Source: an uncultured Gammaproteobacteria bacterium (GTDB lineage: Bacteria; Pseudomonadota; Gammaproteobacteria; Pseudomonadales; Pseudohongiellaceae). Taken from it: 64,000 nt of DNA. The position numbers were made by a program, and so were the translations under genes. Below the pieces are notes generated by a model. The model saw only the letters and a program-made list of their open reading frames with translations. It did not search any database and was not told where the DNA came from. Shown here piece after piece: positions 57,659 to 64,000 of this stretch. The stretch spans positions 54,268-118,267 of the forward strand of contig CAJWVZ010000005.1 in NCBI GenBank assembly GCA_913048385.1, in the 5' to 3' direction. Numbering within the stretch: position 1 is the first letter of the stretch; each line of letters begins with the position of its first letter.

Positions 57659-58918
57659 TTATTGCCTATCTTTTATTCTGAAGAGCATCACGGCAGAGAA
57701 TAAGTTACATAGCGCAATGAAAGCCAGGGCCCCGTAGTAGTCTCCCACAAGATCGTAATATGTCGCTACTAAGACGGGTCCTACTGAAGACATTCCCAAA
57801 ACAAATGGCAAAGCCGCCGAACGAACCGCCCCCAAGAACCGTCGGCCGAAAAATGTCGCCCAAATTACCTCTTGCAGCGGTAGCAGCCCACCCCAACCGA
57901 TACCCATCGTTATAAAACCAAAATAAATAAGATAATCATTGCGAGCCCATACGCTTAACACGACAACTAGAATCGACGTTCCAGTGAGCGCGGCACCCAA
58001 AGAAGCAAGTTTTTTAGGGCTGTACTGATCGATAAGGTAACCCCATATAGGCTTTGACAAAAAAGCCGGCACGGACGCAAGAGAAATCATCGCTGATGCA
58101 ACAAACCGGGTATAACCCGCGTCTGTCATTAACGGAATCGATTGCAACAGCATCACAGTGATCGAAATTTGGAATAACCCGAACGCGACCACTAAAGCGT
58201 AAAAACTGGGGGAGCGAATTGCCTCAGCGCGCGTCAAAGAGTTATCAAAATCAATATTTGCAGCTGCTCCTTGACCAACAGCCAATTGAGATTTTGTTTT
58301 ACCGTCAGGATGTAACCCGTAATCCTCTGGCGCACGTCGGACAACTAGTGCGGCCGGGAAGGTCACTATCAATGTCCCCAGACCTAAAACTCGCCAAGCC
58401 TCCTGCCAGCTATAATTGTCAATCAACCATGTCGCGCCGATGGGGAGTATCATTCCAGAAAGAGAGATACCCATTGCAGCGATGGAGACGGCACGCCCCC
58501 TTCGCTCAACAAACCATTTCCCCAGCGTAACATTTACCACAAGATTTCCGACTAGAGCAGCGCCCATCGTTAACATGAGGCCATTACCAAACAGCCACTG
58601 GGTTAATGTTTGCACTAAGCTCATACTGAACACCGAACCACTGAGTACAAAAGATCCAATCAAGATGAAACGGCGTCCGCCATGTTTGTCAATTTGCGCG
58701 CCGATAGCGAAGCCGGTCAGAGCCAAAACCATCTGCCCAATCGAGCGCGAAGCTGAAAACTCAGTCCGAGTCCAACCAAACTCTTCTGTCATGGGGATCA
58801 TGAAAGATCCAGCCACATAATTTGCCATGCCTACTGCCACAAACTGAGTCAAGAATCCGGCAAGAATTATCCAATAACCGTAATAAAAATTTGATGAGGA
58901 AGAAGTTTTAATCAACAA
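57659..58918 (-). CDS. MFS transporter
   Basis: 419 aa, 12 TM helices, DKHGGRR loop motif between TM2 and TM3. Confidence 0.8.
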   Translation of the reverse strand: MLIKTSSSSNFYYGYWIILAGFLTQFVAVGMANYVAGSFMIPMTEEFGWTRTEFSASRSIGQMVLALTGFAIGAQIDKHGGRRFILIGSFVLSGSVFSMSLVQTLTQWLFGNGLMLTMGAALVGNLVVNVTLGKWFVERRGRAVSIAAMGISLSGMILPIGATWLIDNYSWQEAWRVLGLGTLIVTFPAALVVRRAPEDYGLHPDGKTKSQLAVGQGAAANIDFDNSLTRAEAIRSPSFYALVVAFGLFQISITVMLLQSIPLMTDAGYTRFVASAMISLASVPAFLSKPIWGYLIDQYSPKKLASLGAALTGTSILVVVLSVWARNDYLIYFGFITMGIGWGGLLPLQEVIWATFFGRRFLGAVRSAALPFVLGMSSVGPVLVATYYDLVGDYYGALAFIALCNLFSAVMLFRIKDRQ

Positions 58919-58924
58919 AAAGCC

Positions 58925-59656
58925 TTAACTACCAGCGCATATTTTTTGATACCGACTTACGACCTCGGTGACACCAAACTGAAGCGACTCAAGAACAAAT
59001 GCATGGCCAATCGAGACCTCTAAAATATTGGGTATTGTCAAGAAATGAGCAAGGTTTTCAAGATTCAAATCGTGACCTGCATTTAGACCTATACCTAGTT
59101 CATTTGCAGTCTTAGCGGCGTGAAGGTAAGTCGCGTGAACATCATTTTTGTGTGGTCCAGTGAAGTGTTCTGCATAACTCTCTGTATAAAGCTCTATTCG
59201 ATCAGTCGCTGTATCGGGCAACTGCTCGAACATATTCAAATCGGGACTCATAAAAATTGAGGACCGAACCCCTGCATTGCGGAGCCGATTCAATGCTGGG
59301 CGCAAAATATGTCTTTGATTAACGATGTCCCAACCATGATCCGAGGTAAGTTGCTCAGGAGAATCAGGTACCAAAGTACACTGGGCCGGATTTACTTTTT
59401 CAATCAATCCCAAGAATTTGCCGCTAGGGAAACCTTCAATATTAAATTCAACGTCAGGGTAATCAGCCAATAATTCAGAAATACCAAAGACGTCGGCTTG
59501 TGTTACATGACGTTCATCGGGACGAGGATGCACTGTTATTCCTTTTACACCCAGCGTAATTAGCTTTTCAATAAAGCCCAAAAGATTTGGAAAATCTCTC
59601 CCCCGAGAATTACGCAGCAATGCTATCTTGTTGACGTTAACGCTTAACGTAGTCAT
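58925..59656 (-). CDS. pdxJ: pyridoxine 5'-phosphate synthase
   Basis: LSVNVNKIALLRNSRG...GITVHPRPDERH...NAGHDLN...EVSIGHA. Confidence 0.9.
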   Translation of the reverse strand: MTTLSVNVNKIALLRNSRGRDFPNLLGFIEKLITLGVKGITVHPRPDERHVTQADVFGISELLADYPDVEFNIEGFPSGKFLGLIEKVNPAQCTLVPDSPEQLTSDHGWDIVNQRHILRPALNRLRNAGVRSSIFMSPDLNMFEQLPDTATDRIELYTESYAEHFTGPHKNDVHATYLHAAKTANELGIGLNAGHDLNLENLAHFLTIPNILEVSIGHAFVLESLQFGVTEVVSRYQKICAGS

Positions 59657-59669
59657 GTTTTATCTAATC

Positions 59670-60464
59670 CTAAATCTTCAGAAAGTTTTTTACCGCTTGC
59701 TGGAATTTCAATGGTTGCTCCGCGTGCAACCAATGGCCCGCGTCAGAAATGGTCTCGAATTCTGCGTTTGGAAAATGGCTCTGTATTTGCGCATGATGAT
59801 CGTCCACAATATATCTCGAAAACTCTCCATTTAAGAAAAGCACTTTACCTGTGAATTTAAATTTAGCGTCCGGTGCCAACCTTAAGTTATCGTAATTTTC
59901 TTTAATCGCACGCAAATTCAAACGCCATTTAAAACCCGAATCCGTCCGTACCAAATTTGTTAACATAAATTGCCTGGTGCTTTGATCCGGTATGTGAGGT
60001 AAGAGCGCTGTATCGACGTCATCTCGACTCTTAAATAGCGCTAATTCTAGTGCCTCCATCGCGTCGATCATTGCTAGATGACCGCCCGCTCTTGCTGGGT
60101 AAGTCACTGGCGAGATATCAACTACAATCAGCCTATCCATCATACAAGGTCGGTCCAGAGCAAGCTGCATAGCAACCTTTCCCCCCATAGAGTGACCGAT
60201 CATGCAGCAGCAATCGATATCTAAGAAATCTAGCAGCTCGTAAACGTCAGCTGCCATGACTTCATAATCTTGCTCATCATGATGAGGTGACGCGCCGTGG
60301 TTGCGCAAGTCCACACCAATCACCCGGAAAAAATTAGAGAAAAAATTACTGTGTATGCCCCAATTGCTGTGGCTACCGAACAACCCATGCAATATAAGCA
60401 ATGGAGTGCCCACGGTTGAGTATTCTTTGTAATTTAAAACCTCTGAGCGGGTTTTTTGCTTCAT
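59670..60464 (-). CDS. alpha/beta-fold hydrolase (YbfF-like esterase)
   Basis: LLILHGLFGS, nucleophile elbow GHSMGG and C-terminal DAGHWLHAEQP. Confidence 0.8.
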   Translation of the reverse strand: MKQKTRSEVLNYKEYSTVGTPLLILHGLFGSHSNWGIHSNFFSNFFRVIGVDLRNHGASPHHDEQDYEVMAADVYELLDFLDIDCCCMIGHSMGGKVAMQLALDRPCMMDRLIVVDISPVTYPARAGGHLAMIDAMEALELALFKSRDDVDTALLPHIPDQSTRQFMLTNLVRTDSGFKWRLNLRAIKENYDNLRLAPDAKFKFTGKVLFLNGEFSRYIVDDHHAQIQSHFPNAEFETISDAGHWLHAEQPLKFQQAVKNFLKI

Positions 60465-60940
60465 TTCGATCCACGCTTTTTTAGCAGCCTGAGGACATCA
60501 TCGTGGTGACTTTTTGTTTTCACCTTGCTCATAATATCCTCGATACGTCCTTCTTCGTTTATCAAAAAAGTAGTCCGCAAAACACCCATAAACTCTTTCC
60601 CCATAAACTTCTTCAGGGCCCAAACACCGTATTTGTCCGCTACCTTATGATCCTCATCGTAGAGTAGTGGAAAATTCAGATCATACTTTCCCTTAAACTT
60701 GCTTAACTTATTTACCGGATCTGGACTCAATCCAAGTGCGACCGCATTTAACCCTTCTAACTCTCTTTTTATATCGCGTATCCCACAAGCCTGGACAGTG
60801 CACCCGGGAGTCATAGCTTTAGGATAAAAATAAAGTATCACGCTACTTTTCCCTCTAAAATCTTTTAGGCTGACAGTTTCGCTATCCTGACTCACAAGGT
60901 TAAATTGCGGAGCTAAATTACCGATCTTAGCCAAGCCCAT
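60461..60940 (-). CDS. bcp: thioredoxin-dependent thiol peroxidase Bcp
   Basis: YFYPKAMTPGCTVQACGIRD, the canonical Bcp active site with Cys at both positions. Confidence 0.9.
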   Translation of the reverse strand: MGLAKIGNLAPQFNLVSQDSETVSLKDFRGKSSVILYFYPKAMTPGCTVQACGIRDIKRELEGLNAVALGLSPDPVNKLSKFKGKYDLNFPLLYDEDHKVADKYGVWALKKFMGKEFMGVLRTTFLINEEGRIEDIMSKVKTKSHHDDVLRLLKKRGSK

Positions 60941-61092
60941 TAAAGTACCTCCAAAAATTTACGCTATCTATCGATATAAAGAAAAAATCATTAAACTCCG
61001 TATTATACTCTCTATCCTCAATTAAACTAGTTAAGCCCTTTTAGCAAAGCAAAAAAAGTGAATATAAATCGCTAAACGTTTTAAATAATAAT

Positions 61093-61851
61093 ATGAAAGA
61101 GCTGCTTTTAAATCTTGGACGAACAATAAAATCAATAGTTGTTCTTACGGGCGCGGGAGTCTCTGCTGAATCAGGAATACCAACGTTTCGAGCAAGCGAT
61201 GGTTTATGGGAGAACCATTCGATCGAGGATGTCGCGACTCCAGAGGGCTTCGAACGCAACCCAAGCCTTGTCCATGAATTTTATAACCAGAGGCGAGAGA
61301 CACTCTTAGCGCTCAAAACGTCTCCAAACCAAGCTCACTCAGCACTGGCAAGGTTTCAAAATATTTTTGAGAACAGACATCATGGGGATTTTACATTAAT
61401 CACCCAAAATATTGATGACCTTCATGAGCGGGCAGGAAGTCCTGACGTAATACATATGCACGGCGAACTCTTGCAATCCCGCTGCAGCCAAAGCGGGTTA
61501 AAATTTAATCAACTAAAGCCGCTCAATGTAGACAGCATCTGTGGATGCTGCCGGACTTTGGGAAACTTACGGCCGCACATTGTTTGGTTTGGTGAGCTCC
61601 CCCTCGAAATTCCTAGAATTGAGAGAGCTCTTACAACTTGCGACTTATTTGTTGCTATCGGCACCTCCGGTCAAGTTTACCCAGCCGCAGGATTTTATGA
61701 GCAAGCAAAAACATGTGGCGCGCATACACTCGAATTAAATCTGATTCAGACGAAATCAAATTTTGACACCCAGCTTTTAGGCAACGCTTCAGACCTAGTC
61801 CCAAGTTTTTTTTCCGAACTCGCTTCTTCCCTTGAACTAGAGGCGTTCTAG
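61093..61851 (+). CDS. cobB: NAD-dependent protein deacylase (Sir2 family)
   Basis: LTGAGVSAESGIPTFR, TQNIDDLHERAG, zinc ribbon Cys pairs, GTSGQVYPAA. Confidence 0.9.
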   Translation: MKELLLNLGRTIKSIVVLTGAGVSAESGIPTFRASDGLWENHSIEDVATPEGFERNPSLVHEFYNQRRETLLALKTSPNQAHSALARFQNIFENRHHGDFTLITQNIDDLHERAGSPDVIHMHGELLQSRCSQSGLKFNQLKPLNVDSICGCCRTLGNLRPHIVWFGELPLEIPRIERALTTCDLFVAIGTSGQVYPAAGFYEQAKTCGAHTLELNLIQTKSNFDTQLLGNASDLVPSFFSELASSLELEAF

Positions 61852-61871
61852 AGTTCCTAAAATATCAGGTC

Positions 61872-64000
61872 TTAAACAAGAAAATTTAGACGGACCGGCA
61901 TTAAACACGCATGCTCGTTACAGAGCTGCATCCGAACCGCAACTTCGCTAAATGCGGCCGGCTGACCCTCTAAAAAACCGACTCTGTTCAAATGAAGTAT
62001 AACGATAAAAAGTCGATCATAAACGCGAAATGACAAGTTCGAGTCAGGCGCGGATATCACACTATGACACGAAGGGTAGTCAATTCGTTCTATTGCCCAA
62101 TCAGATTTTTCTATTAGTTCAATACTTAGAGGAGTGGCGGCGCTTAATGACTCTTCCGGCAGGGAAATGTGCCAACCGCTCGCTGGTGTTATTTGCAATT
62201 CAATTACTCGGTCGTGACTCACGTCCTTGCCACTCACAGCTATCTTACACCGCCCATCATATGCATACTGAATCGAATCCGAACCTGGGGCTTTTAGCGC
62301 CCGCGCAGCCCTCAGTAAAGTTGGATGCGATAAAGGCTCCCGCTCAACTTGACTTGAATAAAAGGAAGAAGCTGACTCAGCATAATATCGTGCATCAAAA
62401 GAAACCTCCTCTGAGACCTGTCGCTCAGACAGTCTCTGCAATGCGAAAACAATGGTACCGACAGCAGAAATGGTAGCGCCGTCAGCCGCACTTTTTGAAC
62501 GAGTTAATTTTGGACCTCCCCGAACTAGCGGGCCAATAAAAAACCCTCCATAATCATCATCCCAGAAATCTTGGACAACTATTCTCAGTATAATCTCCGC
62601 GCGTTTTAAAGATGCTATATCACCCAATACGTCAAATTGAGTAATTAGCCCACTTGCCAGCTGGGCATAATCATCAAGCTGTGCAGGTATGGATACAGAG
62701 CCCTTCATAGAAATACGATAAAGCCGTTGATTTTTGTCTAAGTTCTCCCTCCAAATGCGATCGAGAGCTTTTCTTCCTGACATAATCCAGTCCGGACGAT
62801 TAAACTCAAATCCTGCTTTTAAAAAAGTATCAGCCATAGCCGCAACCCAACTAACAATTAGTTTCTTGTCGCAAAGGGGGTGAATTCGCTTTTCGCGAAG
62901 CAAATACAATTTTTTTCGAACTTCATCTACTCGACTGAAAAAATCTTTATCTCTTGATTCTTTTTCTAACAACTCAATCGGACGGGAAAGGGAGAGGATA
63001 TTCGAGCCTTCAAAATTACCTGCCTTTGTCGGCGCAAATAAATTCAGCACTAGCTTAAACTCATCAGAACTTAGATTGCTTTTGAGCTCATTTTCCGTCC
63101 AAACAAAAAAGCGTCCCTCTACTCCCTCACTGTCTGCGTCTGTTGCAGAATAGAACCCCCCCTCTGCGGCTTCCATCTCCTTTTGGACATAATCCAATGT
63201 CTGCTGCAAAACACGTTCGAAAAAAAATCGGCGAGTAAGACGACAGACCTCAAGAAAAACCAAACCAAGCTGTGATTGGTTGTAAAGCATTTTTTCAAAG
63301 TGGGGCACGAGCCAATTCTCATCGACACTGTAACGAGAAAAACCTCCACCAATCTGATCATAAATTCCCCCTCGCGCCATTCCTTCGAGTGCTCGATCAA
63401 TAAAAGCGATTGATTCTAAGTCATGGAACCGTTGGGCCTGATCAACTAGGAGGAGAAGGAGCGGCTCCTGTGGAAATTTTGGTGCCCCGATTAAACCACC
63501 AGTGTTACGGTCCTCCTTTAAATACAATGATCGTAATGACGTCGCAATCAGTCTATCTAATTTTCCTGCGAAATTTTGGAAGTGAGTTACCTCGCCCCGC
63601 GTCCGCAGAATTTTATCTATCGAGATTTGATGCTCCGACGCAATTTTCTCCAAATCGGCTTTCTTCTCACCCCATACACTTGATATCTTCCCGATTAAAC
63701 TAATGAATTCTCGGGTTGGAAAGTAAGTCGCTCCAAAAAATGGTTTCCCGTCAGGACACAAAAAATTGGACATGGGCCAACCACCGTGGCCGGAAATAAT
63801 TTGAACGCCGGTCATATAAATCTCGTCCACGTCAGGATGCTGCTCACGATCTAACTTAATGCAAATGAAGTGCTGATTTAGTAATTTGCCAACCTCAATG
63901 TTATCAAAACTTTCAACCTCCATAACATGGCACCAATGACATGTTGAGTAGCCGATCGAGAGGAAAACTACTTTTTGCTGCGCCGCAGCCTCCTTAAAAG
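61872..64000 (-). CDS. DUF255 thioredoxin-domain protein (YyaL-like); 5' end lies outside the window
   Basis: The frame stays open upstream of the track Met. 63924..64000 reads FKEAAAQQKVVFLSIGYSTCHWCHVMEVESF (CxxC thioredoxin motif). The remainder is an alpha/alpha-toroid-like region plus a C-terminal DsbD-N-like segment. Confidence 0.85.
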   Translation of the reverse strand, partial: FKEAAAQQKVVFLSIGYSTCHWCHVMEVESFDNIEVGKLLNQHFICIKLDREQHPDVDEIYMTGVQIISGHGGWPMSNFLCPDGKPFFGATYFPTREFISLIGKISSVWGEKKADLEKIASEHQISIDKILRTRGEVTHFQNFAGKLDRLIATSLRSLYLKEDRNTGGLIGAPKFPQEPLLLLLVDQAQRFHDLESIAFIDRALEGMARGGIYDQIGGGFSRYSVDENWLVPHFEKMLYNQSQLGLVFLEVCRLTRRFFFERVLQQTLDYVQKEMEAAEGGFYSATDADSEGVEGRFFVWTENELKSNLSSDEFKLVLNLFAPTKAGNFEGSNILSLSRPIELLEKESRDKDFFSRVDEVRKKLYLLREKRIHPLCDKKLIVSWVAAMADTFLKAGFEFNRPDWIMSGRKALDRIWRENLDKNQRLYRISMKGSVSIPAQLDDYAQLASGLITQFDVLGDIASLKRAEIILRIVVQDFWDDDYGGFFIGPLVRGGPKLTRSKSAADGATISAVGTIVFALQRLSERQVSEEVSFDARYYAESASSFYSSQVEREPLSHPTLLRAARALKAPGSDSIQYAYDGRCKIAVSGKDVSHDRVIELQITPASGWHISLPEESLSAATPLSIELIEKSDWAIERIDYPSCHSVISAPDSNLSFRVYDRLFIVILHLNRVGFLEGQPAAFSEVAVRMQLCNEHACLMPVRLNFLV

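Noticed and set aside
1-64000. Looked for CRISPR repeats, IS elements or transposases, integrases, phage genes, toxin-antitoxin pairs, restriction-modification or other defence cassettes, and rRNA or tRNA genes
   Set aside because: I found none. Intergenic regions are short (mostly under 300 nt) and unique, with no direct-repeat arrays. Every long ORF has a housekeeping, transport, redox or peptidase assignment, or is a small DUF. I could not compute GC skew or k-mer anomalies, so subtle islands cannot be excluded.

Overview
The window reads as about 60 densely packed protein-coding genes from a moderate-GC, marine-type gammaproteobacterial chromosome (the taxon is an inference from gene content only). 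I recognised no rRNA, tRNA, CRISPR array, transposase, integrase, phage gene or obvious defence gene. Content is mostly housekeeping and envelope or redox functions:
- RNA helicases: two DEAD-box enzymes (DeaD-like, RhlE-like).
- Metabolism: Mpl, UbiX, PdxH, PdxJ, CobB, a PPi-type phosphofructokinase and an aldehyde dehydrogenase.
- Conserved block: TesA / YbbA / YbbP.
- Transport: a Fur-box-preceded ferric-type ABC importer, a TonB-dependent receptor, and SSS, DASS, MATE and MFS transporters.
- Other: two rhodanese sulfurtransferases, secreted peptidases (M28, S1, metzincin, PDZ/S41-like) and several DUF proteins.

The standout is at 23586..24128 (- strand). Two ORFs in the supplied track are one peroxiredoxin gene interrupted by a single in-frame TGA. 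That TGA sits exactly at the peroxidatic Cys of the universal PxxxTxxC motif, and a hairpin lies 14 nt downstream. This is best explained as a selenocysteine (Sec) peroxiredoxin that ordinary ORF calling splits. No Sec-incorporation genes are visible in this window, so this remains a sequence-based inference.

Secondary observations:
- An operon-like EF-hand calcium-binding protein, ECF sigma, anti-sigma and periplasmic sensor module.
- A Fur-box-overlapped promoter with a long structured leader upstream of the iron transporter.
- A hairpin-rich leader upstream of a symporter operon.
- A DsbD-N-like C-terminal domain on a DUF255 thioredoxin-domain protein.

All product calls come from motif recognition by eye. 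No searches or folding calculations were run.
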